This document shows positions 52,952-62,524 of a stretch of DNA of 64,000 bases, in pieces (within the stretch, counting starts at the first letter, position 1; every line of letters starts with the position of its first letter). Where the stretch lies: positions 128,001 through 192,000 of the forward strand of contig OZ253553.1 of assembly GCA_965262715.1 (NCBI GenBank), in the 5' to 3' direction. The translations under genes were made by a program, and so were the position numbers. The stretch is from Bdellovibrionales bacterium (GTDB lineage Bacteria > Bdellovibrionota > Bdellovibrionia > Bdellovibrionales > JAUICD01). The notes under the pieces are model-generated. The model was not told the origin of the DNA. It ran no database searches and saw only the letters and a list, made by a program, of their open reading frames with translations.

Positions 52952-54091
52952 ATGTATAAAAGGATTTTAAATTTACCTCAAAAGCAGTCTTTTTTATTAT
53001 TAGGGCCTCGTCAAACAGGTAAAACCACTTTATTGAAAAAGCTCTTTCCAAAAGCTTATTGGATTGACTTTCTTAAATCTGAACTTTATAGACGTTACAC
53101 AATCTATCCAGAGTCTTTAAGGCAAGAAGTTTTATCTGACCCCACAATAAAGCAAGTTGTTATTGATGAAGTTCAAAAGTTTCCTCAAATTTTAGATGAG
53201 GTTCATTGGTTGATAGAAAATAAAAAAGTGACTTTTGCTCTTTGTGGGTCAAGCGCAAGAAAAATTAAAAGACAGGGGGTCAATCGTTTAGGTGGTCGGG
53301 CTTTAAGATATGAACTGTCTGGTTTAACCTCAAAAGAGATTGGCAAAAACTTTGATCTCAAAAGGATGCTCAATTATGGTTATTTGCCCTCAATTTATTT
53401 ACACAAGCACCCTCAAAGAGCTTTAGAAACTTATGTATCTGATTATTTGAAAGAAGAAATTGTTCAGGAAGCACTTATAAAAAAACTCCTTCCTTTTTCT
53501 CAATTTTTAGAAAAAGCAGCTTTATCAGATACAGAAATGGTTCAATACTCTAATTTTGCTAGAGATTGTGGTGTTTCTGACAACACCATTCGAGAGTATT
53601 TTGAGATCCTTCAGGACACTCTTATAGGTCATTGGGTGCATGGTTACAGAAAGAGATTAAAACGTCGTCATGTTTTTAAGCCTAAGTTTTATTTTACAGA
53701 TGTTGGAGTTGTCAATCTTTTAGCAAAAAGAAGAAGCTTGCAACCTAAATCTTTTGTTTGGGGGAAGGCTTTTGAAAACTGGGTTTTCCATGAGTTAATG
53801 TGTTTAAAAAAATACAAATCATTATTTGATGATATTTTTTATTGGAGGCTTGCAAGTGGCGGTGGAGAAGTGGATTTTATTATTGATGATATGAGGCTTG
53901 CTATAGAAGCTAAAGCTGTTGACTTTGTTCACTCTGATCACTTGAAAGGTTTAAGGCAGTTGAATAAAGAATGTCATATCAACAAGAAAGTCATTGTCTC
54001 TTTAGATCAAAGAAAACGAAAAACAAGTGATGGTATTCTTATACTTCCTTATAAAAATTTTACAAAAGAAATTGAAGGTTTATTGACCTAA
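52952..54091 (+). CDS. AAA_14 ATPase with DUF4143 / PD-(D/E)xK-like C-terminus
   Basis: GPRQTGKT, IDEVQK, CGSSA, KFYFTDVG, EVDFI...AIEAK; ATG at 52952 preferred. Confidence 0.88.
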   Translation: MYKRILNLPQKQSFLLLGPRQTGKTTLLKKLFPKAYWIDFLKSELYRRYTIYPESLRQEVLSDPTIKQVVIDEVQKFPQILDEVHWLIENKKVTFALCGSSARKIKRQGVNRLGGRALRYELSGLTSKEIGKNFDLKRMLNYGYLPSIYLHKHPQRALETYVSDYLKEEIVQEALIKKLLPFSQFLEKAALSDTEMVQYSNFARDCGVSDNTIREYFEILQDTLIGHWVHGYRKRLKRRHVFKPKFYFTDVGVVNLLAKRRSLQPKSFVWGKAFENWVFHELMCLKKYKSLFDDIFYWRLASGGGEVDFIIDDMRLAIEAKAVDFVHSDHLKGLRQLNKECHINKKVIVSLDQRKRKTSDGILILPYKNFTKEIEGLLT

Positions 54092-54629
54092 ATGAAGATA
54101 GAAAGGTGGAATTTTCGCTGTTACAATGCAGGGATACATGTTGCCGGCTTTCAACTACTTACCTTTATGTAACAAAACCTAAAAATATTAGAAGCCATCT
54201 CAAAGATACTGCTAGAGATAACAGTTTTAGAAAAACTCTCTCCTATAAGTTATGTAGTTGAATATAAAGTTAAGTGATTTTATAAGTTATAAGCATAAAA
54301 GGATTTTATACCACTATATTTTCGCCTTATGGCTTCTCCTAAAAAGAACTTCAATAAAGTCTAAAAGACTACTCTACTTTGAAAGCGGAAAGGTTATTTT
54401 TTTCTTTATTCGAGTATTTTTTACAGGCTGCTACATCAAATTACCTGCTTATTTTGTAAAGTTTATAATGCTTCGAAGTTATTCACAATTAAAGTAAATC
54501 TTTTCTTGTTAATATTATAAATTATGATATATTTAAGATATTTTTAAAGTAAGCTAAAAAATAATTAATTTAATTTTTTGGGCACAGATACCAATGTTAT
54601 AAACTTAAGACTACTAGGATGATTATATT

Positions 54630-56259
54630 ATGAACTCTAGACTCCCATTTGTTACCTATATCTGTATTTTATCATGTCTTGCAGTTCCAAGATTAGAAGC
54701 TTCTGGCTTATCACAAACTCCTGTATCTCATTGATCTTGGGCGTATGGAATTGCGCTCAGGAAATTATGAAGAGGCGATTGCTCATTTTGAACAAACCAT
54801 AGCTATTGATCCACAAAACGCTGAAGCCTATTATTATCGTGGGGTTGCCAATACTGCTTTAGGTAATTATGAAGAGGTGATTGTTGATCTTGATCAAGCC
54901 ATAGCTATTGATCCACAAAACGCTAAAGCCTATTATTATCATGGAGTTGCCACAACTCATTTGGGTAGTAATGATGAAGAAGCTATTGCCTATTTTGATC
55001 AAGCTATAGCTATTCATCCAGAATATGCTGTAGCCTATTCTTATCGTGGGCGCGCAAAACAAAGACTAGGTTATGATGATGCAGATGTTGACCTCTATTT
55101 TGCCCGTGCATTGACTTGGTGGTCTTTGCGAAATACTCCTAGCTATGGAAGAAATGTTATTATTAATTTTAGTCGAGCCATAGCCATTGATCCACAAAAT
55201 GCTAAAGCCTATTATTATCGCGGGATGGCCAATGCGACTTTAGGAAATGATGAAGAAGCAATTGTTGATTTGGATCAATCCATAGCTATTGATCCAGAAA
55301 ATGCTTTAGCCTATTTGTATCGTGGAATTGCCAAAGCTGATTTAGGAAATGATGATGAAGCGATTATTGATTTGGATCAATCCATAGCTATTGATTCAGA
55401 AAATATTTTAGCCTATTTGCATCGCGGACGTATAAGGGCAAGATTAAATAACTATGAATATGAAGAGGCGACTGCTGATATAAACCAAGCTATAGAATAT
55501 TCTCATATCTTGCTTGATTATGGGCACAGAGACTTCCGACGAGATAATTTTGCAGAAGCTATTATTGATTATAGTTTATTTATAGATACCAATAATAACA
55601 CTGATAGCTATCGTATCGCCACTGCTTATCTTTATCGTGGGCTTTCCAAAACTAACTTGGGTAATGATGAAGATGTTACTGCTGATTATATTCAGGCTGT
55701 ATCTATTGATCCAGAAAAATATAGTATCTTATCTGATTTTGGGGAACAAGAACTTCAACAAAGCAAGTATGAAAAAGCTATTGTCTATTTTAGTCAAGCC
55801 ATAGCTATTTTTGATCAAACCATAGCTATTATAGATAATAATTTACAAAATGATCCATCTCCCTCTTACCACAACCTTCGTCGACACCTCCGCTATCAAT
55901 ATGTTAATAGCTATGTTAATCGTGGGCGCGCAAAGGCTGGCTTAGGCAATTCTGAAGAAGCTATTGATGATTATAATCAAGCCATAGTTATTGACCCAAG
56001 AAATTCTAATGCCTATTTCCATCGTGGGATTGCCAAAGCTGATTTAGGTAATGATGAGGGAGCTGTCGATGATTATACTCAAGCCATAGTCTTTAACTCA
56101 AGAAGTTCTAATCTCTATTTGTATCGTGGTGGGATTGCCAAACAAGTCACAGATATGAATTATAACACTAGCAAACGAATATATTTTCATCGTAGACAAG
56201 CCAATTTCAGGTTAGGCAGATATGGAGATGCTTTTATTGATAGCCTTTTTACATTTTAA
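54630..56259 (+). CDS. TPR-repeat protein; signal-peptide part (54630-54734) is out of frame with the body (54745-56259)
   Basis: Many 34-aa TPRs (AIAIDPQNAEAYYYRG); upstream MNSRLPFVTYICILSCLAVPRLEA in a different frame. Confidence 0.8.
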
Positions 56260-56282
56260 TAGGGCCAAATGAGGTGTACCCT

Positions 56283-57065
56283 TTATTTGGAGGATCCGTT
56301 CCATATTTTACTCACTTCTGAGATTCCCATTGTTGTTAATTCTCCTGTTTTCCGTTTAGCTTCAAATTCATTAGGTGATAAGTAACCTAATGAAGAATGT
56401 CGCCTTTTTTTATTATACATACCTTCGATAAACTTTGGAATACTTCTTAATACATCTTCAAAAGTTTTATATTCACACAGATGAACTTCTTCTCGTTTTA
56501 AAGAGCTAAAGAAAGATTCAACAAATGCATTATCCCAACAATTGGCTTTTCTCGACATACTGATCTTAAAGCCTTTTTCTTTAAGCTTGTAGGTATAATC
56601 TTTACTGGTGTATTGCACACCTTGATCACTATGATGAATACATCCTTTAGTATCTGATCTCTGCTCTAAACTCATCTCTAAAGCTCCTAAACAAAGCTCT
56701 GTGTTGATCTCTCTAGAAATAGCCCACCCTACAATCTTCCTTGAAAAAATATCTAAAATCACTGCTAAAAAAACAAAACCATCTTGAATCCTAATGTATG
56801 TGATATCTGTTACCCAAAGCTGGTTGGGTCTATTCACTTCAATGCCAAAAGTTAAATTCGGATAAACTCGATTTGAATGTTTAGAATCTGTGGTTGAAAC
56901 TCTAAAACCCTTGTAAATCAAAGCTTTTAAACCGTATTTCCGCATAATCCGAGCAATTCTCTTGCGGTTGGCTTTAATACTCTTCTCTTGCTCAAGTTCC
57001 AATTGAATACGACGTATTCCATACATCGGATATTTACACTGTATCCTCTCAATCTGCTCTTTCAA
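56283..57065 (-). CDS. IS3 transposase OrfB (rve integrase core)
   Basis: YGIRRI, WVTDITY, DIFSRKIVGW, HHSDQGVQY, DNAFVESFF; frame open upstream to the slippery site at 57230-57236. Confidence 0.93.
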   Translation of the reverse strand: MKEQIERIQCKYPMYGIRRIQLELEQEKSIKANRKRIARIMRKYGLKALIYKGFRVSTTDSKHSNRVYPNLTFGIEVNRPNQLWVTDITYIRIQDGFVFLAVILDIFSRKIVGWAISREINTELCLGALEMSLEQRSDTKGCIHHSDQGVQYTSKDYTYKLKEKGFKISMSRKANCWDNAFVESFFSSLKREEVHLCEYKTFEDVLRSIPKFIEGMYNKKRRHSSLGYLSPNEFEAKRKTGELTTMGISEVSKIWNGSSK

Positions 57066-57136
57066 ATCAAAATCCCTTTGCTCTCGCTCTTGCTGTGAAA
57101 CCTTTCTCTTGTAATAGTAGCTGCTTAAAGGTAATC

Positions 57137-57487
57137 CTAACGCTTTACACGTTTTTGAAATTGATCCAAATTCTTGCCAGTGATTACAGACGATCTCACG
57201 CTTCTCCTCTGTTGAAGCTCCTTTTTGGCCTTTTTTAAAAACTCGTTCTCTAAGCTGAGCTGTCCTACCTTTGCCTGAAGTGCATATATTTGTCTCTCTA
57301 GAGATCTCTCCCTTGATGAAGGGGTTCCCAAAGGTGTCCCTTGTTGATACTTCTTAAACCACTCTAAGACTGTTTGGCGATGAAGTTGATGCTCCCGGCA
57401 AATCTCTAACAAAGATCTGCCTTCATGCATCGATTTACAAATAGCTTCCTTAAATTCAACATTAAATCGTCTTCTTACTTTGCCCAT
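57137..57487 (-). CDS. IS3 transposase OrfA (HTH)
   Basis: RRFNVEFK...ICREHQL, ENEFLKK carrying A AAA AAG. Confidence 0.9.
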   Translation of the reverse strand: MGKVRRRFNVEFKEAICKSMHEGRSLLEICREHQLHRQTVLEWFKKYQQGTPLGTPSSRERSLERQIYALQAKVGQLSLENEFLKKAKKELQQRRSVRSSVITGKNLDQFQKRVKR

Positions 57488-57586
57488 GATCTTCCTCCTG
57501 ATCTTATAGCTTTTTATAGCTAAAATTCAGGAATCTCAAGTGAGTTACTTTATCACTTAACTCTCCAGTTTATGGGGTACAGACCA

Positions 57587-57745
57587 CTTAAGACTGGTAC
57601 AGTAGCGGGTGCCATTACTGGTCTTGGCACTCGTATTATTATTACCACTAACATTGCTCTACTTGCTATTAAAAGTATTGCTTATAGCATTTTTGAGAGG
57701 GCTTCATATTATCTCGAAACGGCAACCACTCCTAGTAATCCCTAA
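57587..57745 (+). pseudogene. Orphan 3' gene fragment abutting the IS3 end
   Basis: Open 52-codon frame from the first base after the IS: LKTGTVAGAITGLGTRIII...TTPSNP*. Confidence 0.5.
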
Positions 57746-57855
57746 TGAAAAATTTATGATATTGGCATAAAACAAAGTCAAAATAACAAATTGACATCCT
57801 TCGATAAGCCTTGTTCATCTTATATAAAGACAGTAAGCCTCAAGCACTCTAGGTC

Positions 57856-58818
57856 ATGTATTATACTGATAATGCGGACGGAGCTTATACAACAGAAAAA
57901 AGAGATTTTATGAAGATTTCACAGTTTTTCAGGAGCAATGTACATTTCCATCTGACTTATTTTGTGATGAGTGGGATATTATGTTTGCAATTTACAACAG
58001 TTATGGGGTTTGACATGAGCGATGAGGGAATAGAAAAAGCTATCCGACAATACCTATCTATCATCTATGAACCTTTTGACGAAGAAATAGATGCAGACTT
58101 AATCAATCGTTACATTCAAGTTATTAAAAGACATTCAGATGTTTTTCAGTACCTAGCAGATGCTCAAACCGCAACTGAAGTTTTACCTTATCTTGATGAA
58201 TACAATGTTTTGACACTCAAGTACACAAATCGACCTTTAGACCCAGACGTGAAAGTCATATTTACAAACCACCCATTAAAAAGAACTCCTCATGATTCAA
58301 GCTCCTATAATGCCGGAATTTGTGACCCAATAACTCGTGTTATTCTTCTAGATCGCAACTTTTGGGAGTATCATAACCAGAATGAAAGATTGAAAAAATC
58401 TGTTTTGTTCCATGAGTTAGGACATTGTGATCTATATCGAAATTATAGTAATGAAGAAGATAATTCAGAAGGTCCGATTGATCATACACATTTTTCTTTA
58501 ATGACTGATAGAGGACTCTTTTTTTCAGCAAGTCTCTTATTACCTGACCCATTCTTAAAGGCATCGCATGCAAGAGCTATTAGACCATTAGAAGAAGCTT
58601 ATAAAAATATATTTGATGCCAACTTAGATAGGGTTTTAGAGGCCATGTTTGAGGAGCTTTTCTCTGAAGCAAGAACTTCCTTTAAAGACTTAATTATTGG
58701 CAAAGTATGTTCTTACAACAATTCTCAAGAAATATGCTCTTATCAAAGCCTATCTCCAGAGGAAATGTTTCAAACTTTTCGCAGAGCTATAGACAGACAT
58801 AGAAATCTTATCTTATAG
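57856..58818 (+). CDS. Secreted hypothetical protein with HExxH zinc-binding motif
   Basis: LFHELGHCDL, AGIC, hydrophobic leader (likely start 57910). Confidence 0.7.
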   Translation: MYYTDNADGAYTTEKRDFMKISQFFRSNVHFHLTYFVMSGILCLQFTTVMGFDMSDEGIEKAIRQYLSIIYEPFDEEIDADLINRYIQVIKRHSDVFQYLADAQTATEVLPYLDEYNVLTLKYTNRPLDPDVKVIFTNHPLKRTPHDSSSYNAGICDPITRVILLDRNFWEYHNQNERLKKSVLFHELGHCDLYRNYSNEEDNSEGPIDHTHFSLMTDRGLFFSASLLLPDPFLKASHARAIRPLEEAYKNIFDANLDRVLEAMFEELFSEARTSFKDLIIGKVCSYNNSQEICSYQSLSPEEMFQTFRRAIDRHRNLIL

Positions 58819-58873
58819 GCATAGATAATAGCAGTATAGACCTTTGAAAAAAACAATGACTGAGTCAGTAAAA

Positions 58874-59707
58874 TTAAGGTTTAGCTGTGAGGATAATACC
58901 TGAATACACTATATCTATAAACTTATCCTCTGGTTTTGGAAATGGAGAAGCCTTATCAATTGCAGTAAGTACTATCTCATCAAATCTAGTATCTCCAGAT
59001 GATTTAATGAGTTCCCTGTTTATAACATATCCATTAGGATCTAAGTAAATCTTTACAACTGTATTTAAATTATCAGAAACTGCAAGCCATTGCGGCAACT
59101 CCCAGTAAGATTGAATATGACTGTGAAGCACGCCGATGTAATTATCATAATCTAATTTATCAAGCCCTTCTAAGGCTGTTCCTGGCACGATTCTATTACC
59201 TTTAACAAGATCTTCCTCTTCTAGCATGCTTTGAACTTGCTTGAGATGTTTAAGGCGTTCTATAGCTGATTGACCTACTTTTTGCAATTGTTTGTCATAA
59301 ACAAAAGAAGGTTTTGTCACTTCCTGTGTTTTTTGAGACTTTTTTGGAGTTTGAACCTTTTTCACTGGAGGTTTAGGAGGAACTTCAGCTTTTTTTAATT
59401 GAGGTTCAGGTTTTTTGGTCTCTATTTTAGGTGGGACCTTTGTTTGATTGATCACAACGCTCTTACGAGGTGCTTGTTTGTCAGGTAGAGCTACCATATC
59501 TACTTTGATAGCAGGAATATAAGTTATATCCTCTCCTTTAAAAAAAAAGAGATTGATTATAAATAAAGAAAAGATAAGACAATGAAATAAAATCGACCAT
59601 CCTAAAAAAGAATTAAAATGCAATTGGCCATTAATCTGTCTCAAAAGGTTTATCTCTTTCTTATTACATGAGTTTTTATCTAAACTGCGCTCTTGGAAGA
59701 GTAACAA
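58874..59707 (-). CDS. tolA: TolA/TonB-family protein
   Basis: S..FH TM motif, K/P-rich linker, C-terminal SSGD..FD....AI.KASPFP; follows tolQR. Confidence 0.8.
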   Translation of the reverse strand: MLLFQERSLDKNSCNKKEINLLRQINGQLHFNSFLGWSILFHCLIFSLFIINLFFFKGEDITYIPAIKVDMVALPDKQAPRKSVVINQTKVPPKIETKKPEPQLKKAEVPPKPPVKKVQTPKKSQKTQEVTKPSFVYDKQLQKVGQSAIERLKHLKQVQSMLEEEDLVKGNRIVPGTALEGLDKLDYDNYIGVLHSHIQSYWELPQWLAVSDNLNTVVKIYLDPNGYVINRELIKSSGDTRFDEIVLTAIDKASPFPKPEDKFIDIVYSGIILTAKP

Positions 59708-60098
59708 GTCCTATATTAGCAATACCTGCGGCTTTAACCTCCCCTATAACCTCAGCAACAACCCCATAATCTACACTTCTATCTGCTTGAATATAAACTT
59801 GCTTATTTGTTCTAGTTTCAAAAATAGCCATAAGCTTTTGTCTCAAAGATCTTATAGACAAATTTGCAGCTCCAGCTTTGATCTGACCATCTTTGTGAAT
59901 AATTAAAACAAAAGGGTCTTCATGAACAGCAACACCTGAACTAGCAGTCTCTGGTAAATTAACTTCAATCCCCTGTTGCATCATAGGGGTAGTGACCATA
60001 AAGATAACTAGGAGCACAAGCATAACATCCACAAAAGGAGTGATATTGATTTCACTCAACATGCTATCTCTAGAATCTTTGCTTTGATGCATACTCAT
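59676..60098 (-). CDS. tolR: TolR/ExbD protein
   Basis: EINITPFVDVMLVLLVIFM, IQADRSVDYG. Confidence 0.9.
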   Translation of the reverse strand: MSMHQSKDSRDSMLSEINITPFVDVMLVLLVIFMVTTPMMQQGIEVNLPETASSGVAVHEDPFVLIIHKDGQIKAGAANLSIRSLRQKLMAIFETRTNKQVYIQADRSVDYGVVAEVIGEVKAAGIANIGLVTLPRAQFR

Positions 60099-60855
60099 CA
60101 GAAGTACTCCTAAAGAATTTTTTCTTAGCTATATTTAAAAAATCAGAATTAAAATGATCCAAATCAACTTCTATTTGTTTAACTGTTGATAGATATTGAT
60201 TGTAAAAAATAACAGCTGGAATGGCAACGAGCAAGCCAAAAGCCGTTGCAATAAGAGCTTCAGAGATACCAGGGGCTACAACTGCTAAATGAGCAGCACC
60301 TGTTGTACCGATCTTTTGGAATGCATTCATTATTCCCCAAACAGTTCCAAAAAGACCTATAAAAGGAGATACACTACCGATAGTTGCAAGAAAGCTTAAA
60401 CCAAATTCTAGTTTTGTTGTTTCTAAGCCTGTCGCCTTTCTCAAAGATCTTTTGACACTATCTATATCTACAATATTAAAAACTTGTTCCTTACTTAAAG
60501 ATTTATGTTTTAAGGACTCCCCCGCGTGCTTCAATTCCTCAAAACCGGCATTAAAGATCACCTCTGATGGGCTATCATAATTGTTGCTATAGCTTCCATG
60601 ACTAATAGCATTCCAAGAAGAGGCATTCCAAAAACGCTTTAAAAAAAGCGAGTCTGCTTGTTTGATTTTTGAAAATTGCTTAAATTTCATAAAAATGATT
60701 GACCATGACAAAATAGAAAAAACAGCAAGTAATAATAGAGTTAATTGAACCACTGGGCTTGCAGACAATATAGAATCAATTGCATTGAAATGAATATCTA
60801 CATTCAAATTCCCACTACTATCTTCAATTGTGTCTTGAGCATATAACAAAGTCAT
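60070..60855 (-). CDS. tolQ: TolQ/ExbB proton channel protein
   Basis: LATIGSVSPFIGLFGTVWGIM, VAPGISEALIATA. Confidence 0.9.
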   Translation of the reverse strand: MTLLYAQDTIEDSSGNLNVDIHFNAIDSILSASPVVQLTLLLLAVFSILSWSIIFMKFKQFSKIKQADSLFLKRFWNASSWNAISHGSYSNNYDSPSEVIFNAGFEELKHAGESLKHKSLSKEQVFNIVDIDSVKRSLRKATGLETTKLEFGLSFLATIGSVSPFIGLFGTVWGIMNAFQKIGTTGAAHLAVVAPGISEALIATAFGLLVAIPAVIFYNQYLSTVKQIEVDLDHFNSDFLNIAKKKFFRSTSDEYASKQRF

Positions 60856-61007
60856 AAATTCATTATTCCTCTAAAGTTACAGATAAAGTTTGATATTTAT
60901 AGTGAAAAAGATTTATCTTACAAAATCAACCGTTGTTTAAGCTGTTGCTCGAGGACTACGAGATCTTGCTATAAATATCAAATCAATGGAAAAACAAGCC
61001 TATAATT

Positions 61008-61553
61008 TTAACTTTTTTCAATTTGCGCAAAATCAAGTTCTACTGGTGTAGGTCTTCCAAAAATATTTACTAAAACCTTAACCGTACCTTTTTCTGGATG
61101 AACCTCTTCTACTGTACCATTAAAGTTACTAAAAGGTCCTTCTTTTACATGAACAGATTCGCCAGGTCTAAAAGATACTTTATGTCTTGGTTTATCCACA
61201 CCTACAGTCATTTGCTTTGTGATTTTTTGAACTTCGTGATCTGGAACAGGAGATGGATTGGTGGAATGACCTACAAAACCTGTGACCTTTGTAGAACCTT
61301 TTATCAAATGCCAAGTTTCTTTAGTTAGGTGCATTTGTACAAAAATATAGCCAGGGAAAAACTTTTGTGCGGTTGTTTGTTTTTGACCCTTAACAAGTTC
61401 TACCACATTCTCTGTAGGGATTAAGACTTGAGCGAACTGGTCTTCAAACCCTTTTTCTTTAACACGGCTTTCAATAGAAGCTTTAGCTCTAGCCTCATAA
61501 CCTGTTTGGGTATGAACAACATACCATTGAAAATTTTCTGGTGATTTACTCAT
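61008..61553 (-). CDS. nusG: Transcription termination/antitermination factor NusG
   Basis: WYVVHT, FFPGYIFV, GPF..F.G, IFGRPTPVEL. Confidence 0.97.
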   Translation of the reverse strand: MSKSPENFQWYVVHTQTGYEARAKASIESRVKEKGFEDQFAQVLIPTENVVELVKGQKQTTAQKFFPGYIFVQMHLTKETWHLIKGSTKVTGFVGHSTNPSPVPDHEVQKITKQMTVGVDKPRHKVSFRPGESVHVKEGPFSNFNGTVEEVHPEKGTVKVLVNIFGRPTPVELDFAQIEKS

Positions 61554-61636
61554 TTCTTCCTACTTTGATTATAATAAGTCGTAGATTATTCATTTATATT
61601 ATTGTTCTCTTAAGTAGTTTTCAACAATATAAATTA

Positions 61637-61878
61637 AAACTCATCTCAAAATTACTTCTAATATCCACGTTGTCAAAACAACCTCTTACTTAAGTACCAT
61701 ATAAAAGGACTGTTTCACTCAAAATGGACCTTTCCGGCTTTCCGTAGGGCCACTATCGTGGCTCTCGTCAAGTCCGTCCATTTTGAGTAAGAAGCCATCT
61801 TTCTTTAGTTATATTATGTTTTGTATTTTGCAATTTTGTATTATTTACCGCTATCATGTATTTTTGAAATGGCTTCTA
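61637..61878. repeat. Degenerate MITE-like element containing a divergent SR-like hairpin (61710-61788)
   Basis: Ends aaactcatctcaaaa / ttttgaaatggcttcta (related ends near 46485 and 54189); inner ctgtttcactcaaaatggac...gtccattttgagt. Confidence 0.6.
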
Positions 61879-62256
61879 AATACTTATTATATAATCTACA
61901 ACATAATTGGATATGAGATCGAAAATTCCTAGCAATATCCCCGATATAATCAACATAATAGTGACGACTACTGTCATACCCATAGTATCTTTTTTAGAAG
62001 GCCATACAACTTTTTGCACTTCTACTATAACATCATCAGCTCTTTGAACAGTACGACGATTAAATTGAAGAAATAAAAACATAGCAATCCCTAAAATCAC
62101 AGGAACGCCATGAATAATAAAATCCCCTTGCAGGTACCTAGCAAATACAGCCCAACTCATTGATAATGTATCAATAATAACGCTGACAACATAAGATGTG
62201 CAAATGGCCAGCCCAACAAAGCAAACAGTGATATATTTTTGGTTACTATTTTCCAT
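61876..62256 (-). CDS. secE: Preprotein translocase subunit SecE
   Basis: EVQKVVWPSKKDT followed by TM; three TM segments; upstream of nusG. Confidence 0.9.
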   Translation of the reverse strand: MENSNQKYITVCFVGLAICTSYVVSVIIDTLSMSWAVFARYLQGDFIIHGVPVILGIAMFLFLQFNRRTVQRADDVIVEVQKVVWPSKKDTMGMTVVVTIMLIISGILLGIFDLISNYVVDYIISI

Positions 62257-62524
62257 AAAGTTTGTTTAACAGCTTAAATAATAGCAAGTCAAGGTAGAGA
62301 TACTTGTAAGTGACAATTTATGACTCTTTCAATAAATAGTGACACTATAAGCTTTCACTCTAGATTTAATTAAATTTTACTAAACTCACTTTATTTTAAG
62401 ATGATTTCATTAAACTCGTCAAAGAAATTGATATAAAAAAATATATAAATTGGTATATTTCTTGAAGTGTTATAAATAATAAGGTGATAAAACTTAAAAA
62501 TAAAGTCTATAAGGAAACTTTTTA

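Larger units (their letters stand above)
56270..57586 (-). mobile_element. IS3-family insertion sequence, about 1,317 bp
   Basis: TG...CA ends with imperfect IRs tgaggtgtaccctttatttggag / tggtctgtaccccataaactggag; orfA and orfB. Confidence 0.88.

Noticed and set aside
54258..54497. 79-aa ORF
   Set aside because: TTG start, no RBS, AT-rich intergenic composition and no motifs
62257..62524. Expected tRNA-Trp upstream of secE
   Set aside because: No cloverleaf or T-arm consensus visible
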